Of a stretch of DNA of 64,000 nt, positions 1 to 8,104 are shown in pieces. Numbering within the stretch: the first letter of the stretch is position 1; the number at the start of each line of letters is the position of its first letter. The stretch lies in sequence record NC_027402.1. The stretch is one strand, 5' to 3'. A program made the translations under genes and the position numbers. Below the pieces are notes generated by a model. The model was not told where the DNA came from. It was given only the letters and a program-made list of their open reading frames with translations, and did no database searches.

Positions 1-2
1 TT

Positions 3-545
3 CGAACCGTTGGTAAAGATATCCGTATTTACCCACACCCGCCGAAACCTGTGCAGGATATCGAAACGCTGTTCACGGTGCTGTTAAATCAGCAGCCAGA
101 ACTGCTACCGTACGTCGAGAAAGAATGCAGCGCAGTTAACCCGCGCACATTCAGAACGATGCAGACCCGCAACACTATTGCATGGTCACAGTTCAGTTCG
201 ACGCGTTTCTTTACATCACAGATTCGTCAGTTGGCAACGTACGATGGGGAGTGGCCAGAGTTCGAAGCATTCGAACCGGTTATGTTCCCTGAGTATCAGG
301 GCAACGCAGGCGAGGATATGGTGGCTTTTCTGCCGTTGACGTATAAACCCTACCTGTTAAGCGAAACGTTCTATAGCGGCTCGTACAGCTCGGTTCTGGA
401 GCATTGTTTGTACCTGTATCTGAACAAACAACCAGTACCTAGTGAAGTGGCTGCGCGTTTAGCAGAATTGGTGCTGGCTTTACCGAAGGACAGTCAGTTC
501 TATTACGTCCCGATGGTCTACGTGATTTTGAAATACGCGAGGTAG
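3..545 (+). CDS. 5'-truncated conserved jumbo-phage protein, probably virion structural
   Basis: Frame is open from the window edge to TAG at 545; ORF track starts at internal GTG 51; operonic with the next genes. Confidence 0.55.
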   Translation, partial: RTVGKDIRIYPHPPKPVQDIETLFTVLLNQQPELLPYVEKECSAVNPRTFRTMQTRNTIAWSQFSSTRFFTSQIRQLATYDGEWPEFEAFEPVMFPEYQGNAGEDMVAFLPLTYKPYLLSETFYSGSYSSVLEHCLYLYLNKQPVPSEVAARLAELVLALPKDSQFYYVPMVYVILKYAR

Positions 546-547
546 TA

Positions 548-1087
548 ATGTCGGAGAAGAAGCGCAGTGCAGCATTTATGCTGTTTAAAGCGTGGGTGTT
601 CTTCCGGGTACCGGAATACGCAACCATCACAACCTACGCCAGTCAGGAACACGGATTGTTCTTGCCAGAAGACCCGAAGAAACGACAAGCGTTGTTACTG
701 AACATGAAGCCTATCTATCTGCACCCCTCAGAAGCTGCCGAGTATTTAGCGACAGGTGGTGCGTTGGATGTACACGACCCGCATGACGGGATTAAAGTGT
801 ACGGGTGGATTATGGAACACCTTGCGGACTGGCTGAACTATCTGGAGAACCCGACGCTGATTTACCGGGAAGTCCCTATCGAAGGGTTGCGTCAGTTCAA
901 TGTGCTGGCTTCGAAACTGTTTCCTGTGGCTAACCGCTACGGGTATTTCAAGAAACCCACCGCAACGATGGCGGACTGTGTTCAGTCGTTATTTGGGCAG
1001 GTCCGCCTGGAGTCTAAACTCCACCGTTTTAATGATACGATTATGAAACGTATTGAGTACGCTTATAGAGCCCGAGGAGGTCGCTAA
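548..1087 (+). CDS. Hypothetical protein (179 aa)
   Basis: ORF with TAATG coupling to the next gene. Confidence 0.75.
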   Translation: MSEKKRSAAFMLFKAWVFFRVPEYATITTYASQEHGLFLPEDPKKRQALLLNMKPIYLHPSEAAEYLATGGALDVHDPHDGIKVYGWIMEHLADWLNYLENPTLIYREVPIEGLRQFNVLASKLFPVANRYGYFKKPTATMADCVQSLFGQVRLESKLHRFNDTIMKRIEYAYRARGGR

Positions 1088-2400
1088 TGTCGTTTGGTCG
1101 GTTACAACATATGGCGAACGGTCACATCGCTAATGCTCGGGGGTTACCGGCTATCGACTACGGGATATTCCTCACGGTACACGGTGCCCCAGTGACGGTG
1201 TTGAAGATGCTGTCTATCATTCACACCGGTCACTTTACGCGTGATATCTGTTTGTTGACACATCTCACCCTGGCTATACCCTACAGCCACATGCGAATGA
1301 TCACATCGTCCGCAGAAGGGGATTTGAAGGTAAAGCTGTTACTGCGGCGTGGACAGAAAATCGCGGGGGTCTTTAACTACCGCGGCATCGTGATAAATAA
1401 CCGCGACCACAACGCGGAATCACCGACGATGTTCTTGAGTCAGTCTGATGAGAAATCTATCGCATTGGTAACATTGGAGCTGATGGATGAGTCGATGTGG
1501 TTTTTGCGTAACCGTCAAGTGGGCGGCATCTACCACGAAACAGATGGGTTAACAGTGGCTCGCTCGATATTGGCGGATACGTTGCCGGAAGGGGTGGCTG
1601 CAGAGGGGCAGTTGAAAGGGATTGAATACGACGAGGAAGAACAGCAGGCATATCGGGACATTGTCATACCCGACTCCGAAGACTTCTTAAGCGTGTTTGA
1701 TTATCTGCAGAACCATTACGGTGTTTACAGCAAAGGTATTGGAGTCTTCCAATACCTACAACGTTGGTATCTGTATCGACCTTGGGACTCGTTGAAGTTT
1801 AATAACACAACGAAGCCTAAACTGGTCATCTATAATCTGCCTCGTGAACAGGCTGCTCACATTGACCGCACCACCGATATCGCGGGTAATGTTATCTATC
1901 TGATTTGTGGCGGCGACACCAGTAGTTTGGAATACCGTGACCAGACCGCGCTTAACCAGGGTACGGGTTACCGGGTAGGGTCTGTACGTGTGTTGGATGG
2001 GCGTAGTAGTTCATTTACGCCTGGCGACATCAGTATGACCACACCTGATAAGTTTGTGGCGCAGGCCGACCCTGCTGCGTATCCAGGCGGCGTGGTTAAC
2101 GCACCAATCGATCCTGATAAACACTTTAGTGATACCGACAAACCGCAGCGGTCTAAACTGGAGATGGGTCTGGGTACGATTGTGCAAACAACCTGGAACC
2201 GTTCAACGCACGGCATCCTATATCCTGGTATGCCAGTAAAATACGTTTTTGCCAACGAGTATGGGGTCTATACCCGCTACGGCACGTTGGTGGGTGAAGT
2301 GTTCCAGTCCGCTGTCGACGGTCAAACGATGGCATCAGGACGTTATAACACCCAATCGCAACTGAGTCTTTGGCTCAAAGATGAAAAATTTACAGCTTAG
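1087..2400 (+). CDS. Probable tail/baseplate structural protein (phiKZ gp101/SPN3US gp64-like by size and position)
   Basis: 437 aa ORF; identity inferred from recalled synteny only. Confidence 0.5.
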   Translation: MSFGRLQHMANGHIANARGLPAIDYGIFLTVHGAPVTVLKMLSIIHTGHFTRDICLLTHLTLAIPYSHMRMITSSAEGDLKVKLLLRRGQKIAGVFNYRGIVINNRDHNAESPTMFLSQSDEKSIALVTLELMDESMWFLRNRQVGGIYHETDGLTVARSILADTLPEGVAAEGQLKGIEYDEEEQQAYRDIVIPDSEDFLSVFDYLQNHYGVYSKGIGVFQYLQRWYLYRPWDSLKFNNTTKPKLVIYNLPREQAAHIDRTTDIAGNVIYLICGGDTSSLEYRDQTALNQGTGYRVGSVRVLDGRSSSFTPGDISMTTPDKFVAQADPAAYPGGVVNAPIDPDKHFSDTDKPQRSKLEMGLGTIVQTTWNRSTHGILYPGMPVKYVFANEYGVYTRYGTLVGEVFQSAVDGQTMASGRYNTQSQLSLWLKDEKFTA

Positions 2401-2408
2401 TCATCTAG

Positions 2409-2416
2409 TATGACCC
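2409..2416 (+). promoter_or_regulatory. Candidate late promoter (TATGACCC)
   Basis: Intergenic; same 8-mer at 25711 and 37583; TATG is the phiKZ late-promoter core. Confidence 0.4.
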
Positions 2417-2443
2417 GTAAGTAACCTTAAGGAAAATATTGCA

Positions 2444-3241
2444 ATGAAAGCGATTCACACCTTTCGCATGACCGGCCAAACTGTTCTCGACATTGATGCG
2501 TACGAAGCCGCTAACTTCACCAAACCGACCAAGCTCTGGGATCGCCTGGTTAAGGTACTACCGCAGAGCGGTGAGGTGCAGTTGGATTTTGTCATGGCAT
2601 CGACGTTGGATAAGACAGTGGCAGTTATTTATACTGCTGACGGTGTGCAGAGTAAGAAGGACCTGGCAATCGAAGATAAAGGCGGGCTGGGTTATCACTT
2701 GTTCCTGCACTGCGTAACCACTGCACCGATTTCAGCTGCGCTGGCGGGTCAGTACGGTTTCGCGAATGCGTATTTCCTGGCACAGAAACTCGCCGTGAAT
2801 GTTATTCCGGGTGACGTGACCACTTACCCTGAATACGTACAGCGTATCCTGCCAGAACACTTCGCTGCAGACGACTACGATTTCAATGTGTTCCGTTTCG
2901 CACTGATCGGCGAATCGCGCGATCCGGAGTACACCGTTGGCCTGCGTGCCTGTCTGCGTCACTCCGTTATCTCTTCGGATGAAGGGATGTCGAATAACGT
3001 GAACGAAGTGTTCCCGATGATGCAAGTCGGTCCGTATATCACTTTCAACTCGTACATTCCGTTCCCGGCACAGATTCTGCCGCCGCAGAACGATAACAGT
3101 GTACTGCCAATCGCCGACAAGTATTCACTGCGTGCGAGCGAAGCAGTTGAAGTGATTAACGATCGTCGCTTTACATTGTCAGTGACCAGCGGTATCAGTG
3201 AACCGGAAGTTGCGGTCTCACAGAGCCTGGATTTGATGTAA
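2444..3241 (+). CDS. Hypothetical protein (265 aa), probably highly expressed
   Basis: SD TAAGGA; host-optimal codons (CTG, CGT, TTC, AAC). Confidence 0.8.
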   Translation: MKAIHTFRMTGQTVLDIDAYEAANFTKPTKLWDRLVKVLPQSGEVQLDFVMASTLDKTVAVIYTADGVQSKKDLAIEDKGGLGYHLFLHCVTTAPISAALAGQYGFANAYFLAQKLAVNVIPGDVTTYPEYVQRILPEHFAADDYDFNVFRFALIGESRDPEYTVGLRACLRHSVISSDEGMSNNVNEVFPMMQVGPYITFNSYIPFPAQILPPQNDNSVLPIADKYSLRASEAVEVINDRRFTLSVTSGISEPEVAVSQSLDLM

Positions 3242-3249
3242 AAAGTGTG

Positions 3250-3284
3250 CCTGGTCTCCTTGTGAGACCAGGTCTCTTTATTTT
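3250..3284 (+). terminator. Intrinsic terminator
   Basis: CCTGGTCTC-cttgt-GAGACCAGG followed by T-rich tract. Confidence 0.8.
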
Positions 3285-3286
3285 AG

Positions 3287-3388
3287 CCCTCTAAACGCAC
3301 TCACAACCTTCTAAAGCCACTCTAACGGTAGAACGACCCTCTAAAGTGATAAAAGCTCTCAAAACGCGTTTGAGAGCGTTATAGAGGG
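3287..3388. repeat. Cluster of CTCTAAA-like short repeats plus palindrome
   Basis: ccctctaaa 3287, ccttctaaa 3307, actctaac 3319, ccctctaaa 3337, GCTCTCAAA-acgcg-TTTGAGAGC 3355-3377, inverted tagaggg 3382. Confidence 0.6.
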
Positions 3389-3408
3389 TGTACTCTGAAT
3401 AAAAATAA

Positions 3409-3433
3409 TTTCAGATATATATTACCTAGGTGA
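3409..3433 (+). promoter_or_regulatory. Phage early promoter P1
   Basis: TTTCAGATA-TATATTAC-CTAGGTGA; TATATTAC is the phiKZ early (virion RNAP) promoter core. Confidence 0.8.
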
Positions 3434-3484
3434 TAGAAGACAATCTATCAACTCAATCGACTATTAATCTAAAGGAGTATTGCC

Positions 3485-3628
3485 ATGTTAACTCGTAACC
3501 ATAAACGTGCCATCTTTGCCATCGTTGCTGTTGTTGCTTTCGCGGTACTGTCTATCACTGTAACTCAAGATTACAACAAGTGCATCGATAACGGTAACTC
3601 TGTTGCCATGTGTACAGGTCGCGGCTAA
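3485..3628 (+). CDS. Small membrane protein (47 aa), absent from ORF track
   Basis: SD AAGGAG; MLTRNHKRAIFAIVAVVAFAVLSITVTQDYNKCIDNGNSVAMCTGRG: basic N-terminus, one TM helix, Cys pair. Confidence 0.75.
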   Translation: MLTRNHKRAIFAIVAVVAFAVLSITVTQDYNKCIDNGNSVAMCTGRG

Positions 3629-3810
3629 TGGACTTTTCTGATGCGCAGTTTGCCGAGTTCTTATCTCACCCGCGTGTTAAACGTGAGTGGGATAATCTCA
3701 CTAACAGTGTTCGTCGTCAGGACGAAGAAGAAATCGTTCACGTTACCGCACAAGTCTTACTCGTCTCACCGACAGGTAATGTGTTTCCAATGCAGCAGGA
3801 GATTTACTAA
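3628..3810 (+). CDS. Hypothetical early protein (60 aa)
   Basis: TAATG coupling at both ends; start moved from GTG 3610. Confidence 0.7.
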   Translation: MDFSDAQFAEFLSHPRVKREWDNLTNSVRRQDEEEIVHVTAQVLLVSPTGNVFPMQQEIY

Positions 3811-3998
3811 TGGGCGTTTTAGTTAATTACGATGGTAAAAACGGAATCATGCTTCGCGAAGTGGAAGATAACGAAACGGTAGAGGTGAATCCGCAAACCT
3901 CAGAACGTACGTTTATCGTGGGGCCGAAAAGCGCACTACCGAAGCCGGACTGGAAAGAAGAGCTGGCGAAGTTCCGTGGGGAACTCGGGAAGAAGTAG
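3810..3998 (+). CDS. Hypothetical early protein (62 aa)
   Basis: TAATG coupling; followed by terminator. Confidence 0.7.
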   Translation: MGVLVNYDGKNGIMLREVEDNETVEVNPQTSERTFIVGPKSALPKPDWKEELAKFRGELGKK

Positions 3999-4009
3999 TA
4001 TAGATAATT

Positions 4010-4039
4010 TAATACCACCTACGGGTGGTATTATTTTTT
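4010..4039 (+). terminator. Intrinsic terminator
   Basis: TAATACCACC-tacg-GGTGGTATTA then T6. Confidence 0.85.
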
Positions 4040-4057
4040 GCCTAAGGAACGTGAAAA

Positions 4058-4474
4058 ATGATTAATGAGAAGCTCCAAAAGTATTTAAAGAATGACACCG
4101 ACTGGATGGTCCTTGACCAGTACGGACGATTTGTTCCGCTATCCAAGGATTCCCCTATACCCCGTGACAAGGCGATTTATATTCCTGACGGTAAGGGCGG
4201 TTATCGTTTCTGGGAAGGCCAGGAAGTAAAAGAGGAAATGTTCTACATGGAGCCGAAGTTCCGTGCAGCGTTCCCATCGAAGAATATCAACGGCTATGTT
4301 TACAACGCAATTCCGCCGATTACGCATCCTAACTTTGAGGTTGTGAACTACCCCGCAACTGTTCTGGATTGGCAACGTGCCATTAGTGAACACTACACGA
4401 TCCCGCTTGAAGGTGTTTACTTCCCATTCCGTGATATTAGTTTAGACGACTTTATTAACTCTCTTAAGGACTAA
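4058..4474 (+). CDS. Hypothetical protein (138 aa)
   Basis: ORF with SD AAGGA. Confidence 0.75.
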   Translation: MINEKLQKYLKNDTDWMVLDQYGRFVPLSKDSPIPRDKAIYIPDGKGGYRFWEGQEVKEEMFYMEPKFRAAFPSKNINGYVYNAIPPITHPNFEVVNYPATVLDWQRAISEHYTIPLEGVYFPFRDISLDDFINSLKD

Positions 4475-4477
4475 AAA

Positions 4478-5338
4478 ATGTACAGCATTACTGATTTTAT
4501 CAAAAGTTCGGATTTCCCCCTACCTTTCGACCACGAAGTATTGGCTAGCGATCCGTTAACCGATGCGGCCATTGTCCAGCTGGACCGCGACAAACGTCGC
4601 ACCTACGTCGTGTTGGTCGAAGGGCAGAGCTACGGCCTGTCTTCTTACGACCTGGAGCAGCAAGAGCGTTTCCTCGATGAAAACCGCAAAACGTCAATGT
4701 ATAGCGCTATCTCTCGTGCGTTGTGCAAGGTAATGGCAACCATTACAGACAGCAAAAAGCGTATCGCTGTGCTGCAGGGTATCAATGCGCTAACGACCAA
4801 AATCCAGCAACTTGAAGGTTTCCATTGCCCACGATTGGAAGCCGCACAGAAGGATGCTAAGGGCGATGAGGCCATGGCGCTGTTTGAAGGCAATACTGTC
4901 TTTGCAACAGCTGAAGCTTGTTATCTCACCTATCCAACTTTTAACTATACGCCAATCAGCGACACCGTAGACGGGATTAAAGTAGAGAACGTTGTGCAGT
5001 GGGGTCGCGCAAATCTCAAGTTTGTGATGTCCCATGAAGAAGAAAATCAAGACGGACTTGGGCAGAAGATTCAACGTTGGTTCACGACGCGTTTGGACGC
5101 CGACTGGGAAGCGCATGTTAACGCAGAGCTTCGTAAATTTCACGCGGTAGTCGCATTGTTAAAAGAAGACACACCCGCCCAGAAACAATCGAAGGCACCA
5201 GTGGTTGGCTGGACGTGTTCCGGCTGTAACCGCAATCATGTCGCAACGGTACCGAGAACACATCGCTACACTTCGCAGACAATGAACATTGCTTGTCCGG
5301 CTTGCGGTAAGATCAACGAAGTTGATTATAAACCGTAG
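4478..5338 (+). CDS. Hypothetical protein with C-terminal zinc ribbon
   Basis: WTCSGCNR...IACPACGK (two CxxC). Confidence 0.75.
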   Translation: MYSITDFIKSSDFPLPFDHEVLASDPLTDAAIVQLDRDKRRTYVVLVEGQSYGLSSYDLEQQERFLDENRKTSMYSAISRALCKVMATITDSKKRIAVLQGINALTTKIQQLEGFHCPRLEAAQKDAKGDEAMALFEGNTVFATAEACYLTYPTFNYTPISDTVDGIKVENVVQWGRANLKFVMSHEEENQDGLGQKIQRWFTTRLDADWEAHVNAELRKFHAVVALLKEDTPAQKQSKAPVVGWTCSGCNRNHVATVPRTHRYTSQTMNIACPACGKINEVDYKP

Positions 5339-5344
5339 TAGTAT

Positions 5345-5376
5345 CCCTCTTACCTTCGGGTAAGAGGGTTTTATAT
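5345..5376 (+). terminator. Intrinsic terminator (UUCG loop)
   Basis: CCCTCTTACC-ttcg-GGTAAGAGGG then T-rich; identical 24-mer at 32154. Confidence 0.85.
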
Positions 5377-5386
5377 TTATTTTCCG

Positions 5387-5425
5387 AAAAGAAAATAAAA
5401 GGCGCTCTCTCCCGAAGGAGAGAGC
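5387..5425 (-). terminator. Minus-strand intrinsic terminator
   Basis: GCTCTCTCC-cgaa-GGAGAGAGC preceded by A-tract (UUCG loop and U-tract on minus strand). Confidence 0.8.
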
Positions 5426-5451
5426 TTATTCACATCCACTTAGAGGTTAAC

Positions 5452-5598
5452 ATGAATACCTTTATGCAACAACTGCGTCAGCAACAGCTGAAACATGTCG
5501 CTTTTCAACAACGTCTGCAAGAGGTTACCCGCCAACCGCAGACTTCCACCCGTACCATTAAAGGACTAGGAGGTGACATCATCTTCAATAAGAAGTAA
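5452..5598 (+). CDS. 48-aa Gln-rich basic peptide, copy 1 (absent from ORF track)
   Basis: SD GAGG; MNTFMQQLRQQQLKHVAFQQRLQEVTRQPQTSTRTIKGLGGDIIFNKK; paralog of 5711-5857. Confidence 0.75.
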   Translation: MNTFMQQLRQQQLKHVAFQQRLQEVTRQPQTSTRTIKGLGGDIIFNKK

Positions 5599-5606
5599 CA
5601 CTAACC

Positions 5607-5629
5607 AGGGGTGTTCGAGCACCCCTTTT
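5607..5629 (+). terminator. Hairpin with short T run after peptide 1
   Basis: AGGGGTG...CACCCCT-TTT. Confidence 0.6.
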
Positions 5630-5710
5630 AACTCCCGTGACAGTATATCGGTGCATTGTGTACCACCACAGCGCAGCGATATATTAACAACCTGCCTAAG
5701 GAGGCACTAC

Positions 5711-5857
5711 ATGGAACAACTACGTTCGCAAATACTTAACTATTACGTTAAGCAAACCCAATTCAACCAACGTGTACAACAGTTGACTGCGCCCAAGCAG
5801 AACACTGTTCGTCGTATCAAGGGTTTAGGAGGTGAAATACTACTAAACAAAAGTTAA
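5711..5857 (+). CDS. 48-aa Gln-rich basic peptide, copy 2
   Basis: SD TAAGGAGG; MEQLRSQILNYYVKQTQFNQRVQQLTAPKQNTVRRIKGLGGEILLNKS; 19/48 identical to copy 1 without gaps. Confidence 0.8.
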   Translation: MEQLRSQILNYYVKQTQFNQRVQQLTAPKQNTVRRIKGLGGEILLNKS

Positions 5858-5870
5858 CATGAAATAACTC

Positions 5871-5898
5871 TTACCCGAGTGCTGGAACACTCGGGTAA
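5871..5898. other. Perfect 11-bp stem-loop after peptide 2
   Basis: TTACCCGAGTG-ctggaa-CACTCGGGTAA. Confidence 0.7.
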
Positions 5899-5990
5899 TT
5901 CCATGCATATAAATAGTTCGTCGTATTTTTTTTTGATCTTGGCAGGACGCATAAACTGCCCGTAGGGGAGCCTAAGCTCCCCAGTGCTCG

Positions 5991-7553
5991 TTAGAACAAA
6001 TCATCACCCATTCCACCGGTGAAGAAGTTGATAGACGACGCTGTTACGGTTTCTTCTTTATCACAATCCCAAGGCAGGATGCCTACATCCTGGAAAGGTA
6101 TCACTGTGTAGTGATAAGATTCTTTAGTATCGATAATGGTGCGGTGCTTACCGCGTTGAACTTCTAAGAAGCTATGGCCGTTGACCACACGCTTGTTAAA
6201 ATACATTTCACCATCGGCCTCGTTATCAAGGCTCGAACAACTATCGTAAAGACCACGACCAGGTAAGTTCTTACAGAAACCTACCGGGTCTAACGCTTTT
6301 AAGCGCTTACCTTCTGGGGAAATCTGGTGTGGGGCAATTAAGAACCCACGGTTGCGTACCACTTGGATGTTACGAGCAATACGATAAATTTCTTTGATAT
6401 CACTCCCGGCAATGCCGTTGCCGTGTCCTGCTTTGCTGATTGTGCCTAAGTAGTCTGCGCGAATGCCAACAACATGATAACCGCGACGACGTAAGTCGAG
6501 AATAAGGTCGTTGATGTAGTGCACTTTAAAATCGGAGTTGGTGTGCTTTTGGAAAACGTAGTCCCAACCGTTTGCGCGAATCTTACCACAGAGGTAATCA
6601 GACATTGCTGTTGTGTGTGCTAACTTCTCTTCAGCGGTTGCATCCTGTGAAATGGTCATCTGTGGAACTTGTCCTTCAAAATGACCGTACAGAGCTTGAT
6701 AGCCGTAAGCTAAGTTAACGTCGAGTTCGTTTTCTAAACTCAAGTCAAGAATAATTGGTTGCAGTGTGCCCTTCACATCCGCCATTACTTTCTCAGGCGT
6801 GTTGAAGATAGGAATCGATAAGCTCAGCAAGAGACTGAACAAAGACTTACAGTTAAAAGGTAACGCTGGCATTAGCCACAGTTCTTCGGTAATCCCTTTG
6901 TTACAACCGAGCATTTGGTTAATGGCTTTCCAGCCCGTCTGCAAACCATTACCTGCAGCTTTCTTGTTAATCGAGTCGAACACTTTAACAAACGGAGCCC
7001 GATTATCTGTAACCAGCTCACCGACCAATGATGGAATCTTATTATGAGAGCGTTCACCGAACGTAGATAGCGCCTCTTTGAGTTCGAGCACTGCGGTGTT
7101 CAGATCAACACGTGTCTCAGTTCCATTCAATGCTCCGAACGCGCGACCCATTTTTGTTTTGAGTTCGACGCTCTGTAAACATTGACGTAATTGGAAATAA
7201 TATTGAGACAGTTGTCGATTAAGATGCTCGGTACGTTTGTCTTCTTCCTCGGGCAAATCGTCTTCGAGGAATTTGGTAATCGTATCGTATAGAGGACGTA
7301 CTTGAGTGGTGGCCAGCTTCAAGCGCTTCATAACGCTCGCGTGGTCGTATTCCATGCCGCCGTCTATGATAGATGTGATAATGTCCTTGATCTCGATGAG
7401 TGCAAAGCGCTCTTCGCCATCTTCCGCATATTCCGGAAGCTTGATCTGCATCAGAACTTTTCTTATGACATCATGATCCTTGCTAGGGTCCGTCAGCATA
7501 GATTCTGTATACAGTGCGGCTAAGGCGGTTATCAACATCATTTTACTATTCAT
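5991..7553 (-). CDS. dnaB: DnaB-like replicative helicase (phiKZ gp118 type)
   Basis: SF4 helicase layout: Walker A variant ALPFNCKS, Walker B region IRADYL, PHQ motif, QRGKHR arginine finger; position next to the capsid gene. Confidence 0.85.
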   Translation of the reverse strand: MNSKMMLITALAALYTESMLTDPSKDHDVIRKVLMQIKLPEYAEDGEERFALIEIKDIITSIIDGGMEYDHASVMKRLKLATTQVRPLYDTITKFLEDDLPEEEDKRTEHLNRQLSQYYFQLRQCLQSVELKTKMGRAFGALNGTETRVDLNTAVLELKEALSTFGERSHNKIPSLVGELVTDNRAPFVKVFDSINKKAAGNGLQTGWKAINQMLGCNKGITEELWLMPALPFNCKSLFSLLLSLSIPIFNTPEKVMADVKGTLQPIILDLSLENELDVNLAYGYQALYGHFEGQVPQMTISQDATAEEKLAHTTAMSDYLCGKIRANGWDYVFQKHTNSDFKVHYINDLILDLRRRGYHVVGIRADYLGTISKAGHGNGIAGSDIKEIYRIARNIQVVRNRGFLIAPHQISPEGKRLKALDPVGFCKNLPGRGLYDSCSSLDNEADGEMYFNKRVVNGHSFLEVQRGKHRTIIDTKESYHYTVIPFQDVGILPWDCDKEETVTASSINFFTGGMGDDLF

Positions 7554-7567
7554 GGAGCATCCTTAAA

Positions 7568-8092
7568 ATGCAAATTCGTTTTAGTCCACCGTGGGAAGTT
7601 CAATCTAACATAGATAAAGGGGCTGGCGTTAAAAAGTTGGAGGAACTCCAAGCAAGCTTCTTTAACTGGTTATATGACTGCTCGTCGGGCTTTAGTTCCA
7701 TCATACTGCCAGTGAGTGACCCTATTTCGATTTATAAATCGATTATGGCACCACCTGCACTTCCGACTCTTTATTATGACCAGGTCTTAAACCTGGTTGA
7801 GAAAGGTACGAATGAAACCCTTGCTGATTTATATGGGGAATCATTCGACGGTCGTTTACGTTGGGTGTTCTCACAACGTGGCGATGTTGTTGTGGCGTCT
7901 TTTGCAGAAGCTAAATCCGGACCGGGTTTTTCTTTAAGTGAAGACCACGCTGCGAAAAAGATGTTCTGCGCAGAACTTTTTAAATATATGCGTCCCAAGA
8001 CTCGTGTCGTGGATGATACGTTCAGTACGTCGACGCAGTTTGCTGCGCACGAAGTGCTGACGCAGTTGTACGCATGTCATTTATCTAAATAA
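7568..8092 (+). CDS. Conserved protein upstream of capsid, probably head-associated
   Basis: Start moved to ATG 7568 to avoid overlapping the helicase; synteny with phiKZ gp119. Confidence 0.6.
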   Translation: MQIRFSPPWEVQSNIDKGAGVKKLEELQASFFNWLYDCSSGFSSIILPVSDPISIYKSIMAPPALPTLYYDQVLNLVEKGTNETLADLYGESFDGRLRWVFSQRGDVVVASFAEAKSGPGFSLSEDHAAKKMFCAELFKYMRPKTRVVDDTFSTSTQFAAHEVLTQLYACHLSK

Positions 8093-8104
8093 GGTAAACT
8101 TGAA

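Noticed and set aside
5573-5857. 94-aa ORF-track version of peptide 2
   Set aside because: The extension crosses a hairpin and overlaps peptide 1. ATG 5711 has TAAGGAGG and gives the same 48-aa length as the paralog.
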